Notes: generated by a model from the sequence alone, not told the origin. A stretch of DNA of 64,000 nucleotides from Candidatus Melainabacteria bacterium 17Bon1m (GCA_032128875.1 JAVLKG010000001.1:480001-544000); one strand, 5' to 3'; shown: positions 30,511-41,206, numbered from the stretch's first letter. Numbers and translations are program-made.

Positions 30511-32151
30511 CTAAAAGTTGTTGCAAATTCCATTTGGAAGTTTCTCTTTCGGCAGAGGACATTTCTGTTTCAGATATGTGTAGCAAGATGGAAAGAGACG
30601 CTCGAACTCGTATGATTTGTGCTTTTCCTTCTCGTTCATGTAGAGGTAAGCAAACATGTCGGCGAACAGCTGAGAACACCCGCGCGTTCCACGCTCTCTC
30701 GCCCAGCGTTGTCTGTAAACCAAGTTTTTTGGCATACGGGCGAAATCATGCACATAACGGTGCTTAAAAACAAGGCTTAGAGATGGTTTTCCCAGGCAGT
30801 GATCGAATGCATGACCGAACTCGTGTAAGACAATTTCAGTTGAAGATTCTCTGCTGTAAGGAATGCAAGAGTTGTCTTCTCCAATAATGACCTGCTTCTT
30901 CTTTTGACTGTAAAGCCCTGCGCACTTTTCCAATTCAGGATCCCATTTTCCGTTTGAGTCTTTGTACAGAGGTATCGCATACTCTGCGATTGTTGGCGAA
31001 ATCACAACAGAAACACCATAGTCTTGTAGCTGCTCAAGCACTGGCTTTGGAATTATTTCAATCGCATCTTCTACGATCTGCTTGGAAGTATTCGAGCGAG
31101 TGGTCTGTCTCAGAATCGTTACTGGAATTGTCGGTTTTGATGTGTCTCTTGCCGGTGGCTTTGGTGGGTTCTTTAGGGATTGTTGGCTGGCTGGAGGCTC
31201 GAAGTGAAGAGCGGAGAAATATTCTTGTGCTGCTTCATTCCAGTTGTGAGTTGTGAGGTAGCAGTCTCCTTTTTGTTCATGATACTTGTAGTTATTTGGT
31301 ACAACCTTGAGCGCCAAATCGAATTGATTTACTGCTTGAAGCGGCATTTCCAAACTCTGCAATAGACGGGCCAAGGCATACCGCCTATTGGGACAAGTCG
31401 GCTCAGCATTAACAGCTCGCTGCCAATATTGAAGCCACATGGTGTCGTTTCTCTGCTCTCTGTAGCAAAGCCCGAGATACTGATATGCGTCTGCATAGGT
31501 TGGGTCGATTGCAATCGCTTTCTTGTAATGTTCGATAGCGGCTGGAATCTCGTTCTTGTACTGATGAAAAAATCCGGACGCAGTTTCGGACACAGCCGTC
31601 TCTGATTGATCCATTGATTTTGCCAACTCTAATTCTTTCAGTGCCTTTTCTGGTTTGTGATGGCGGCTAAAGTAACAGCTGCGTATAAAATGCGTTATGG
31701 TCGAATGGGGTTGTAGCTTCTGTGCTTTGTCGAGTTGCTCAAAGAATTCGTCCTCCTTTTTCATGTTCAAGTAACAATAGGCTCTCCAAATGTGTGAATC
31801 GTATTTGAGTAAAGAATCCTCTGGAACACATTCGAAATTGAATAAGGCACTAGGATAATTTTGTCTGTTTGACGCGAGCTGACCTTGGACATAGGGATCA
31901 CTTTGATTTGACGACAACTGCTCGCTCAACGCTTTGGCGTCTTCGGGGGCACGCCCAGCTTGAAGAGAGCATTGATACAGCATGACGCGCACAAACTCTT
32001 TTTGATCAGAAGGCATGTCGGCGGCTACAGACCTTATCTGAATTTTGGGTTCTTCAACCGTTGGAGCGTCGTTCCGGCTAGCGTCCAGCGCCAATGCGGG
32101 CGCGAACAACAAAATGGATAAGCCTGCGGCAATGAGCGCTGTTTTTTGCAT
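30511..32151 (-). CDS. Exported TPR protein with a C-terminal ATLF-like zinc-metallopeptidase domain
   Basis: Signal peptide, multiple TPRs, VLHEFGHAFD, LFP.CY.YL. Confidence 0.75.
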   Translation of the reverse strand: MQKTALIAAGLSILLFAPALALDASRNDAPTVEEPKIQIRSVAADMPSDQKEFVRVMLYQCSLQAGRAPEDAKALSEQLSSNQSDPYVQGQLASNRQNYPSALFNFECVPEDSLLKYDSHIWRAYCYLNMKKEDEFFEQLDKAQKLQPHSTITHFIRSCYFSRHHKPEKALKELELAKSMDQSETAVSETASGFFHQYKNEIPAAIEHYKKAIAIDPTYADAYQYLGLCYREQRNDTMWLQYWQRAVNAEPTCPNRRYALARLLQSLEMPLQAVNQFDLALKVVPNNYKYHEQKGDCYLTTHNWNEAAQEYFSALHFEPPASQQSLKNPPKPPARDTSKPTIPVTILRQTTRSNTSKQIVEDAIEIIPKPVLEQLQDYGVSVVISPTIAEYAIPLYKDSNGKWDPELEKCAGLYSQKKKQVIIGEDNSCIPYSRESSTEIVLHEFGHAFDHCLGKPSLSLVFKHRYVHDFARMPKNLVYRQRWARERGTRGCSQLFADMFAYLYMNEKEKHKSYEFERLFPSCYTYLKQKCPLPKEKLPNGICNNF

Positions 32152-32347
32152 TGCGAAAAGCTCCTAAATCCATTCTACGCACGGATCTCATATTGCGCCA
32201 ACCTCGTTCTGTTTTTTCGGCAGGGTACCCCCAAAATTTGATCCGTCTTATCTGTAACTTAATTGCAGAACTTCCTCAGCTCTTCCTAATATGCGTCTGT
32301 AATAAGTGTTACTGATGGTATCCTTGAGATCTGGAAATCTTGGTTAT

Positions 32348-33580
32348 ATGAGCGTTATGCAGTTGTCGTCCTCAAAACTTTTTTGTTTGGCGACGTTCGC
32401 CACGACGAGCCTGCTCCTTCATGGCTGCGGGCAGCAAGGTGCGCCCGCTTCGGCGACTTATGCCCCGCCGGCAGCTTCGGTTCAGCTTTCCGAGGTTCGA
32501 CTCGGCCCCGTGACCGAGAGCAGTCGCTTTTCGGCTACTTTGAACTCTCGCAAGTCGGTGAGTTTGCGTCCTCGAGTCACAGGACAGGTAAAAGAGATTT
32601 ACGTTCGCAGCGGCGACAAAGTGGGCTTTGGCTCAAAGTTGATACTCATTGACCAGGAGAAGCAGCAAGCCTCTGTCGATAGTTTTGAAGCACAAGTTTC
32701 TTCCGACCAGGCGGATGTTCAGACTGCCCGTGAAACACTCCATTCGCTTGAGGCAGACAGGACTTCGCGGTTGTCAGAATTGAAGCTGGCGCAACAGGAG
32801 TTCGATCGCGCCAAGGATTTGCATTCCCAAGGCGCCGTTTCTGCGCAAGAAGAAGACACACGTGCTAATCAATTGCGAGTCGCTAAGGCTCAAGTCGAAT
32901 CTATTGAAGCAAAAATTAGCGCACAGCGCTCCGTTCTTTCTAGAGAGCAAATGGAGGAAAAGCAGCACCGCGCTTCAGTCAAAGAGCAAGGTGTGCAGCT
33001 TCGCTATCACTTGATTCGGGCTCCATTTGCCGGAACCGTCGGCGATATTCCAGTCAAGCTTGGTGACTATGTGACATCGGATACGGTGCTGACTACTGTC
33101 ACCCAAAATAGACCGCTGGAATTGTACGTTTCCATTCCCACCGAGTATTCCAGCCGCCTGCACAATGGCATGACGGTTGAGCTTACAGATGCATCCGATG
33201 CGATTCTCGGTCGTGCTAAAGTGTTTTTCGTCTCGCCTAATGTTGAGAGTCAGAGCCAAACTGTTTTAGTTAAGGCGATTTTCGATAATCCCGGTGAAAA
33301 ACTTCGCGCCGGTCAATTAATCACCGCGAGAGTATTGTGGAAGACTGAGCCAGGAGTGCTGGTTCCGACTCCTGCCGTCATGCACCTGACCGGACAAGAT
33401 TTTGTCTTCGTAGCAGAGCAGCAAGGCAAGAATTTCGTCGCGAAGCAGAAGCTGGTTCGACTCGGTGACATCGAAGGCAATGCATATCGCGTTCATAGTG
33501 GCTTGCAGCCGGGGCAGAAGATAGTCGTTTCAGGTATTCAAAACCTGACCGACGGCATGGCAATTCAGCCGAAAGAGTAA
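32348..33580 (+). CDS. RND efflux periplasmic adaptor (MFP)
   Basis: Lipobox LLHGC, LRPRVTG, IRAPFAG.VG, GLQPG.KIVVSG. Confidence 0.93.
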   Translation: MSVMQLSSSKLFCLATFATTSLLLHGCGQQGAPASATYAPPAASVQLSEVRLGPVTESSRFSATLNSRKSVSLRPRVTGQVKEIYVRSGDKVGFGSKLILIDQEKQQASVDSFEAQVSSDQADVQTARETLHSLEADRTSRLSELKLAQQEFDRAKDLHSQGAVSAQEEDTRANQLRVAKAQVESIEAKISAQRSVLSREQMEEKQHRASVKEQGVQLRYHLIRAPFAGTVGDIPVKLGDYVTSDTVLTTVTQNRPLELYVSIPTEYSSRLHNGMTVELTDASDAILGRAKVFFVSPNVESQSQTVLVKAIFDNPGEKLRAGQLITARVLWKTEPGVLVPTPAVMHLTGQDFVFVAEQQGKNFVAKQKLVRLGDIEGNAYRVHSGLQPGQKIVVSGIQNLTDGMAIQPKE

Positions 33581-33584
33581 CCTG

Positions 33585-36500
33585 ATGTTTGCAGACTTCT
33601 TCATCAAACGGCCGATTTTCGCCACCGTTTGCTCGCTCGTGCTGGTCATCGCAGGGGCTGTGTGCATCCCGAGCTTGCCGATTGCACAGTACCCACAGAT
33701 AGCACCCCCACGCGTCAACGTGACGTGCAATTACACCGGCGCCAGTGCAGAGACTGTCGAATCTGCAGTGACGACTGTTTTGGAAAAACAGATAAACGGT
33801 GCGCAAAATATTCGCTACATCAATTCGACCAGTGGCAATGACGGAACCGCCTCCGTCGACATCACCTTCAACCTCGGGCGCGACCCGGACCTGGCAGCCG
33901 TGGATGTTCAGACTCGCGTAGCAGCGGTCGAAGGACGCCTGCCAGAAGACGTGAAGCGCACCGGCGTGTCGGTCAACAAAGTATCCAGTCAATTCGTTTT
34001 GGCTATCGGTATCGGGTGCCGCGACAATCGATACGACAGCCAGTTCATCAGTAACTATTGCGACGTCTATGTAAAAGACGCTCTGAAGCGTGTCAAAGGC
34101 GTGGGCGATGCTCAAATCTTCGGGGAGCGTAAATACTCCATGAGGGTATGGCTAGACCCTCAAAAACTAGCCAACCGTAAGCTCACCGCCCTTGACGTTG
34201 TGAATGCTGTCGCAGAGCAAAACGTGCAAGTTGCCGCTGGCCAAATCGGTCAACCACCGGCTCCCGAGGGGCAACTCTATCAAATTAGCGTGCGCGCTGT
34301 CGGACGTTTGAAAACAGCCAAAGAGTTTGAAAACATGATCATCCGCGCCACGCCGGATGGTCAGATGATTCGCTTGAAGGACGTCGGACGTGCCGAACTG
34401 GGCGCGGAGAATTACCAGTCTATTGTGCGCTATCGCGGCAGAGAGGCAGTCGGCATCGGTATCTTCCAAACCCCGACTGCAAACGCGCTTGAAGTTTCTA
34501 AAGGCGTTCGCGAGGCAATGACTCGTCTGGCAAAGCGTTTTCCGCCCGGTTTGGAATATGACTACGCCTTCGACACTACACTGGCTGTGCGCGAGTCTAT
34601 CAAGGAGGTTTTGATTACACTTGGGCAAGCGATTGGGCTTGTCGTGTTGGTCACCTTCTTATTCCTACAAGACTGGCGCAGTACTTTTATACCGTCTATT
34701 ACCATCCCCGTCTCGCTTATCGGCACTTTCGCCTTTATGCAATTGTTGGGCTTTTCGATCAATACACTCACTCTATTCGGTATCACGCTTGCTACAGGAC
34801 TGGTCGTTGACGACGCGATTGTTGTTATCGAAAACATCAGCAGGTTGATTAAAGAACGCGCTCTGGGCGGCGTGGAAGCCGCCCACGAGTCGATGAAGGA
34901 AATCACCGGCGCAGTAATTGCTATCTCGCTTGTGTTGGGCGCAGTGTTCATACCTGTCGCTTTTTTTCCGGGCACTACTGGTCTTCTATACCGACAATTC
35001 GCACTTACCATCGCTTGCTCCGTCGGTATTTCAACCTGGGTTGCGCTTACATTGACACCGGCACTTTCCGCTAAGTGGCTCAAGGGGCACAGCGAGAAGC
35101 AGAGCGTGATTTTCGTACCGATCAACACATTCCTTGATTGGCTGCGGAGCAGTTATGAGTGGTCGCTGCGCTGGGCGCTCAAGGTCAAGCCATTGATTAT
35201 TTTGGCGTTCTTCGTGTGCATTGGGCTTACATATTGGCTCTTCAACGCTGTGCCAAAAGGGTTTGTCCCGAATGAAGACCAAGGCTATTTCATCGTCATT
35301 GTCGAGTCCCCGGAGGGCGTATCTCTGGGTTACACGGCTAATGTTTTGCAGCGCGTGGATGAGGCTCTCAGCAAAGAACCTTCGATCGAATCAAACTTCG
35401 GTATTGCAGGATTCAGCTTCTCGGGTAATTCTCCGAACAACGGGTTGCTCTTTGCCAGTTTGAAACCCTGGAAAGAACGCAAAGAAGGTCAATCGCTCGA
35501 CCAGATTATCGAACGCATTCGCGGTCCTTTGTCGTCGATCACCGACGCTACAGTCATCCCCTTCAACCCTCCTGTGATCGAGGGTTTGGGCAATTTCGGC
35601 GGCTTCCAATTTGAGCTGCAAGATATGTTGGGCGGCGACACCAAGATGATCGCCGACGCCACAAAATTGATGTGCCAGAAGGGCAATCAGTGTCCGGAGC
35701 TGCGTGGTGTCTATTCCAGCTTCAAAGCCAATTCTCCGCAACTGGTTGTCACTGTTTTCCGGGAGAAAGCAAAGAGTGTTGGCGTCGAAATGAGCGATGT
35801 TTTCAGGACGCTTCAGGTTTTCCTTGGCTCCGAGTACGTCAACGATTTCGACATGGGTTCGCGCATTTACCGCGTCTATGTTCAAGCAGATCAGAAGTTC
35901 CGTTCTAATCCAAAAGATATCGAGCGCTTCTATGTTCGCTCCAAATCAGGGCAGATGATAAGCCTATCCAATCTCGTCACCGTTTCGCGCACGACCACTC
36001 CCCAAACCATCACACACTACAATTTGTTCCGCTCTACGGAAATTAACGGTAGTGCCGCCCCTGGTATCAGTTCGGGCCAGGCAATGGAAAAGATGGAGCA
36101 GCTCGCCAAAGAAAATCTGCCCCCGGGTATGGGTTATGAGTGGTCTGGAATCGCTCTTGAGCAAACCGAATCCGCCAGCAAGTCCGTGCTTCTTTTCGGG
36201 CTTGGATTTGTATTTGTATTTTTGGTTCTTGCGGCCCAGTACGAAAGTTTTCTCGATCCATTCATCATTCTTCTATCGGTCCCTCTGGCAATGCTTGGAG
36301 CGCTGAGCGCGCAGTCTGCTCGCGGATTGGAGAATGATGTGTTTTGTCAGATTGGGTTGGTGATGTTGATTGGATTGGCGAGCAAAAACGCCATTTTGAT
36401 TGTCGAGTACGCCAATCAATTGAACGAACAGGGGCTGAGTGTGAAAGAGGCTGTCGTTAAGGCGGCAAGCATCCGACTGCGCCCAATTTTGATGACTTCA

Positions 36501-36725
36501 CTGGCGTTCATCATGGGTATCATGCCGCTGGTTTTTGCCCACGGCGCCGGTGCCGCCAGCCGTCACTCGCTCGGAACCGCGGTCTGTGGAGGGATGGTCG
36601 TTTCATCCATTCTCAGCCTCTACCTGGTCCCCGTTGTATATGAATACCTGGGCATGCTCCGGCAAAAACTCCGCAAACGTAAGCCCCCAGAGCCTGTAGC
36701 GGAAAAAGAGCACGTTTCTCTATAG
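33585..36725 (+). CDS. RND efflux permease (HAE1 family)
   Basis: FFIKRPIFA, GLVVDDAIVVIEN, KNAILIVE, RLRPILMTS. Confidence 0.96.
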   Translation: MFADFFIKRPIFATVCSLVLVIAGAVCIPSLPIAQYPQIAPPRVNVTCNYTGASAETVESAVTTVLEKQINGAQNIRYINSTSGNDGTASVDITFNLGRDPDLAAVDVQTRVAAVEGRLPEDVKRTGVSVNKVSSQFVLAIGIGCRDNRYDSQFISNYCDVYVKDALKRVKGVGDAQIFGERKYSMRVWLDPQKLANRKLTALDVVNAVAEQNVQVAAGQIGQPPAPEGQLYQISVRAVGRLKTAKEFENMIIRATPDGQMIRLKDVGRAELGAENYQSIVRYRGREAVGIGIFQTPTANALEVSKGVREAMTRLAKRFPPGLEYDYAFDTTLAVRESIKEVLITLGQAIGLVVLVTFLFLQDWRSTFIPSITIPVSLIGTFAFMQLLGFSINTLTLFGITLATGLVVDDAIVVIENISRLIKERALGGVEAAHESMKEITGAVIAISLVLGAVFIPVAFFPGTTGLLYRQFALTIACSVGISTWVALTLTPALSAKWLKGHSEKQSVIFVPINTFLDWLRSSYEWSLRWALKVKPLIILAFFVCIGLTYWLFNAVPKGFVPNEDQGYFIVIVESPEGVSLGYTANVLQRVDEALSKEPSIESNFGIAGFSFSGNSPNNGLLFASLKPWKERKEGQSLDQIIERIRGPLSSITDATVIPFNPPVIEGLGNFGGFQFELQDMLGGDTKMIADATKLMCQKGNQCPELRGVYSSFKANSPQLVVTVFREKAKSVGVEMSDVFRTLQVFLGSEYVNDFDMGSRIYRVYVQADQKFRSNPKDIERFYVRSKSGQMISLSNLVTVSRTTTPQTITHYNLFRSTEINGSAAPGISSGQAMEKMEQLAKENLPPGMGYEWSGIALEQTESASKSVLLFGLGFVFVFLVLAAQYESFLDPFIILLSVPLAMLGALSAQSARGLENDVFCQIGLVMLIGLASKNAILIVEYANQLNEQGLSVKEAVVKAASIRLRPILMTSLAFIMGIMPLVFAHGAGAASRHSLGTAVCGGMVVSSILSLYLVPVVYEYLGMLRQKLRKRKPPEPVAEKEHVSL

Positions 36726-36827
36726 AGGCTGCTAAATTTTGCTCGCGGGCGCTACTATTGCTGCCCCTGCGGCTACTTGCGTGGTTCTGCAAACAATTTT
36801 GAAAAAGTCACTCTGCCTTAACGGATA

Positions 36828-36860
36828 TTCCGGAAAAATTCACGTATCAACTGCTAACAT
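36828..36860 (+). promoter_or_regulatory. Shared direct-repeat promoter, copy 1
   Basis: TTCCGG-N5-TTCACG-N10-TAACAT upstream of ATG 36890. Confidence 0.6.
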
Positions 36861-36889
36861 CCCCTCACTGATACCCCAGGTTTTTAGAA

Positions 36890-37462
36890 ATGTCCTTTAC
36901 TAACAAGCTTCTCCGGCTGTGCCCCTATTCATTAATGAGCTTCGGGCTCTCGCTGTTTCTCACGTGTCTGTGTGCGCCGGCAAACGCGCAGCAGGCAGAA
37001 AGCAAAACTGTTTACGAGTCCAAGCGGACCGCGCATAAGGTCAGCGGGTGGGAGCGCGGCTTGGTAAAACGGTCGCCAAATCTCGGCAAATATTATTGGA
37101 CGCCACTGACTGAGTACTCCCAAAATAAAGGCTCGCGTCGAACCGGCAAGGGGGTTCGGCAAGCCAGCCCCAGCGGGCAGCCAGCTCAAACTGCCAGGCA
37201 CTATGTAAAACCGCGTTTTGCCCCATTGCCCAAGAACGATCGCGCCGAGTTCTCTTGTGATGAAATTCAAACTCGTTCGGGTGTGAGTGCGAAGGTAAGC
37301 TTTGATAAAGCACGCAGCCAGCTCGCTTCGCGTCGAGTTACGGATTCAACAAATGATTGCTCTGCTGTTCTCACTTACGGAGACAAGGAAAAGGGAGAAG
37401 GCTACAGCTATAAACGACAAGATTTGTCGGTCAGTGGGCGCCTCTACAATCAAAAGAAATAG
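36890..37462 (+). CDS. Secreted basic hypothetical protein
   Basis: Signal peptide ending ANA; 190-aa ORF with its own promoter motif. Confidence 0.6.
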   Translation: MSFTNKLLRLCPYSLMSFGLSLFLTCLCAPANAQQAESKTVYESKRTAHKVSGWERGLVKRSPNLGKYYWTPLTEYSQNKGSRRTGKGVRQASPSGQPAQTARHYVKPRFAPLPKNDRAEFSCDEIQTRSGVSAKVSFDKARSQLASRRVTDSTNDCSAVLTYGDKEKGEGYSYKRQDLSVSGRLYNQKK

Positions 37463-37770
37463 AATTCGAAAAGGACAAGCTCCCGGCCGTGCTGAGAGCT
37501 TGTGAAAGCAGTACGAGTTAGGAGCGATTTTTCCCCTGAACTGCAATTTTTGTGCGCGCATCGCAGAGAACCCATCTGCTGTGCGCGGTTTCGCTGTGTT
37601 GACTGGTGCTCTCTGGTTCAGTTTGTTTTACGTCGCCGGCGTTTTTCAAAACGCTGACATTGACACTTGATTGAAACAATTGACCTTCAGAATTCAGAAA
37701 TCCCGAGCCCGCCCTCCCAAACAATTGTCCGCCCGTTTACGGCCGGCAAGCTTTTAAAAGGAATACCACT

Positions 37771-38823
37771 ATGGGTCAAACCATCGGATTTCCCGCTAAT
37801 GCAGCAAAATTGAATCGCGGCCCGCGCACGGCAGCACGCAAGAGACTAGAAAGACAATTACTAAGTCAGAACACTGCAAAAGGGTCTAGTGCCGCCAATG
37901 AGTCCCGCGAGAAGGAAGACGCCGGCGCCCGGAGAAGTTTAGACCCCGAGGCACAATTGCCTGCGAATGAAGAAGAAGCCGACGTCGAAGTTTATCTCGA
38001 TTTGCCGGAAGAATGGTTTGGTCTAACAACACCAACCACTAAGTATGACTACGATGTTTATTTGACGACTGAAACGTTTAAAGCGGCTGTATATGCGCAT
38101 AATCGCGAATATCGTTATGTAGAGCGTTTGTTGCCTGACGGGAAGACTGAGACGATTTATTCGGGTCCGAATTTTCTAGACAGCCGCACTGTAATTGAAG
38201 ACGCCAACGGTCAAATCATTTGCACCATCAGGGCTAATCACCTGGGTAACGGTGTCATTGAAGTGCGATACCTGGCTGATGGCTCATACACCACAGAACA
38301 CCAAGCGCCCGAAGAGCACGACAATTTCAGCTATGAGAAAGATAATCGAGGGCGCATCACCAGCTTGACCCTGGGCGATGGCACTCATTTAAAACTCGCT
38401 TATGGTGGCACTAGTCCTACGCCGTATCTTTTTATAGATGCCGACGGTGTCGAATGGCGGCGCTGTCCGCGTACTGAAGTGTTTAAGAACGAACAAGGGG
38501 AAAACCTTGGTGGCAAGCCTGTTCAGATGGTCGCTGCCAACGAGTCAGGCTCGTACATGTTTGCAAGTTATGGTCGCTACACAGTGATGCACAGAAATGG
38601 TTTCATTGAAGAGCGCTACTTTCCGACCATTCGTGATTTGTTGGATCAAGATTTGCCGGTGACGGTGGCAATTCGCAACGAGAAAGATCGTGAGCGTGCC
38701 GACAAATTCACAGACAGTTTGCGTGCTCAGTATGCAAATGCCGATCTTAAAGTGGAAGTCTTGCCTTGCGAAGACAAGGACGGTGCCATCGTAAATGGTC
38801 GCCACGTGAGCCGTTTCTACTAG
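37771..38823 (+). CDS. Hypothetical protein with YD/RHS-like beta-hairpin repeats
   Basis: AAGGA RBS; LPDG, DANGQ, YEKDNRGRITSL hairpin motifs. Confidence 0.55.
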   Translation: MGQTIGFPANAAKLNRGPRTAARKRLERQLLSQNTAKGSSAANESREKEDAGARRSLDPEAQLPANEEEADVEVYLDLPEEWFGLTTPTTKYDYDVYLTTETFKAAVYAHNREYRYVERLLPDGKTETIYSGPNFLDSRTVIEDANGQIICTIRANHLGNGVIEVRYLADGSYTTEHQAPEEHDNFSYEKDNRGRITSLTLGDGTHLKLAYGGTSPTPYLFIDADGVEWRRCPRTEVFKNEQGENLGGKPVQMVAANESGSYMFASYGRYTVMHRNGFIEERYFPTIRDLLDQDLPVTVAIRNEKDRERADKFTDSLRAQYANADLKVEVLPCEDKDGAIVNGRHVSRFY

Positions 38824-38856
38824 GGGCTAAGCGCATACAGCGCCTTGCTAAATTGA

Positions 38857-39042
38857 TCAGACGATATCTTTTACGTCGGTAAAACCTTCTAGTTGGCTTA
38901 CAAAAGAGTCGACAAGCCATTTGTCGCTCTGCGGGCAATCTTTCATTGCGCTTCTGAAAAGCTGCATTGCTTGTTCTTCTTCACCTTTTTCGAGCAGGTC
39001 ACGGGCAACAAGTAATTTCAACAAGCGTTTTTCGAGAAGCAT
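38857..39042 (-). CDS. Small helical hypothetical protein
   Basis: 61-aa amphipathic ORF with a GGAG RBS. Confidence 0.45.
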   Translation of the reverse strand: MLLEKRLLKLLVARDLLEKGEEEQAMQLFRSAMKDCPQSDKWLVDSFVSQLEGFTDVKDIV

Positions 39043-39256
39043 GTTAGGCCGACTCCGTGGTGTCCTTACTCGACCATCTTGAATGTAGTGTAAAGAAGTT
39101 ACCTCCCTCGTCAGAGGGGGGTAACGTTAAATCCGACCAGGCTGGACTTTTAAGCGTTTTTGAACCTGGGTGAGGTATAGCCGGACAGCCTTCTGCTCAT
39201 CTAATCGTCGGGTCCGTCCGGCCACTTTTGTTTGACTCAAGAGAAGCTTGTTTTCC

Positions 39257-40537
39257 TTAGTGGAAGAAACGCAATCGTTGGTGGCGATTGTCGACTGTAA
39301 AGCGCCAACCTCCAAAAAATGCTTGCCCTAGCAATCCGGCTGAGCCTTCTTTGCCGACCATTCCTTTGCCTCCGACGTCGGCGCTACATTTCACGTGGCG
39401 CACGATGATAGGTCCAAGCCGCAGCATGTCCACGTTAAATCCAATCGCCTCTGTTGTGCCGTCACCTCCGACGCCCTTGTGATATTCCGTGACGCCGCCG
39501 GCTGTGTCTAGTCCCAGTTCGCGCACGTTGGAGGGGCTAAACATAATACCTTCTGCGCCCGTGTCCACAATCATTTGCGTTTTCTTCCCTTTCTCACCTT
39601 CTAACTGGACATATAAGTGCTTGCCGATTCGTTGAAACGGAATTGAGTATTGGTCATCTTTTACGAAGTCTGCGGATTTCGTAAATCGAATACAATGCCC
39701 TACATTGTCTATCTCGTAGTCGATGTCGCTGAAGAAATCCTGACCGAGTAGTGGTGCATGATCCCATTCTTCGGTAATTGTCACAGGAATGCGCTTTGTG
39801 ATACCGCCTATGGTGACATCGAGTTTCATGTTCCAAGAGTCGACACTACCGCCTATTCCGCCAACTTTGTTTGTTGCTGGTGTTGTAGGTGGATGAATGC
39901 CGAGTTCACGCAAATGGTTTTTGCCTAGCATGGTTACTGACGCGCCTGTGTCGAAACAGAAGGTCATGCGCCGTTTATTGACGGCGCCTTCGACATTCAT
40001 ATCGTCGTGACCAGGTGTCAGTGAAAAATATGCTTTGGCATTAGGCGGCACGACAGTCACCACAGGGCGGTCATCATCATCGTCGTCGTCTTCGTCGCCG
40101 GGCGGCAAGCCACGCCGCGGCGGCGTATTTGAAGAAGGAAGTTTTTTGTTGCTGCTCGTCGAGAGGGCCGTGCCAGCTGAAGCTTGCGCACGCTCGATGA
40201 TAGAGAGTTGTTTTTGGGCAAGTGCTTTGATACTTGGGTCCGCTCCACTCGCGACAACGCCCTCGTACAAGTTTTTAGCCTGGTCTAGCTGCCCGCCGAC
40301 GTGGAAGCAAAGCCCTCGGTAATACTGGGCATATGGGTCGTTCGGGTTTGATTTGAGCCGGGTATCAAAGTACTGCGCCGCTACTTTGTAATTCCGCGCC
40401 TGAAACATCTTCAGCCCATAATCGAAATATTGGTCGGCTGCCGCGGGTTGAATCTGATAGGTGGAGAGGCTAGCTGCACCGCACGCGATTGCGAAAGTTT
40501 TTCCAAGAAAAACTCGAAAACCTTTCATATTCATCAA
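39257..40537 (-). CDS. Exported TPR protein with two retropepsin-like aspartyl protease domains
   Basis: FDTGAS...LLGQDF and VDTGAE...LLGQAF; N-terminal TPR. Confidence 0.85.
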   Translation of the reverse strand: MMNMKGFRVFLGKTFAIACGAASLSTYQIQPAAADQYFDYGLKMFQARNYKVAAQYFDTRLKSNPNDPYAQYYRGLCFHVGGQLDQAKNLYEGVVASGADPSIKALAQKQLSIIERAQASAGTALSTSSNKKLPSSNTPPRRGLPPGDEDDDDDDDRPVVTVVPPNAKAYFSLTPGHDDMNVEGAVNKRRMTFCFDTGASVTMLGKNHLRELGIHPPTTPATNKVGGIGGSVDSWNMKLDVTIGGITKRIPVTITEEWDHAPLLGQDFFSDIDYEIDNVGHCIRFTKSADFVKDDQYSIPFQRIGKHLYVQLEGEKGKKTQMIVDTGAEGIMFSPSNVRELGLDTAGGVTEYHKGVGGDGTTEAIGFNVDMLRLGPIIVRHVKCSADVGGKGMVGKEGSAGLLGQAFFGGWRFTVDNRHQRLRFFH

Positions 40538-40648
40538 TTACGACCCCTCACCGCTTTGACCATAATATTCCCGGCCAATATGCGCGACAGCGATCTTTCA
40601 CGGCTCACGAAAGGTTAATTGGTTGAAGAACGACAAATTTCCAGAATC

Positions 40649-40681
40649 TCAACGCCAATTTCACGTTGTCTACCCTATTGT
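40649..40681 (+). promoter_or_regulatory. Shared direct-repeat promoter, copy 2
   Basis: TCAACG-N5-TTCACG-N10-TATTGT upstream of ATG 40727. Confidence 0.6.
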
Positions 40682-40726
40682 GATAACACGTCTCGAACCA
40701 CCAGATCCTTGCACGGAGAATTCCCA

Positions 40727-41206
40727 ATGGTTGATGCTGTTTACGACTCTAAGGTCGAGGCCCCGAAGCCTGTTTTACAATTCGCCGCCAGCGGTCTTCA
40801 GAGTGATGAGCGTTCTGCCGTCGGGGACCGCATTAGGCAAGAAACTGATTTGGGCAATCGTCTAATGAATCAGGACCAGGTCACCATTGGGCTAATTGGC
40901 GACGCGAGAACCCAGTTTCCGAATATGCCGCTGGAGCAGGGGCTTGTGAAGGCGCTCGAGTCCGGTAAGGAGGAAGTTTTTCAAGAGCAAAAACGCCAGA
41001 AAGATGCAGGGATGAACCCTCCACCGTTAGGAAAAATGATGGTGGACTCTGGTTTGGTTACCCAAAAACAGGTCGACGACGCCCTTGTCGAGCAGGGAAG
41101 GCTGAAAGCCGAAGGAAAACCAGCGCCGCGTATTGGCGACATTCTTGTGCAACAGTTGAAGGACAATATCGCCAAGGCAGTGGCTGATCAGAACAGCAAG
41201 AAGTAA
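40727..41206 (+). CDS. Stand-alone MshEN-like protein
   Basis: PLGKMMVDSGLVTQKQVDDALVEQ...RIGDILV resembles RLGxxLxxxGLxxxxxLxxxLxxQ; GGAG RBS. Confidence 0.55.
   Translation: MVDAVYDSKVEAPKPVLQFAASGLQSDERSAVGDRIRQETDLGNRLMNQDQVTIGLIGDARTQFPNMPLEQGLVKALESGKEEVFQEQKRQKDAGMNPPPLGKMMVDSGLVTQKQVDDALVEQGRLKAEGKPAPRIGDILVQQLKDNIAKAVADQNSKK

Noticed and set aside
37771-38823. RHS toxin-immunity pair with 38857-39042
   Set aside because: No RHS core or DPxG motif, and the small gene is convergent rather than co-oriented
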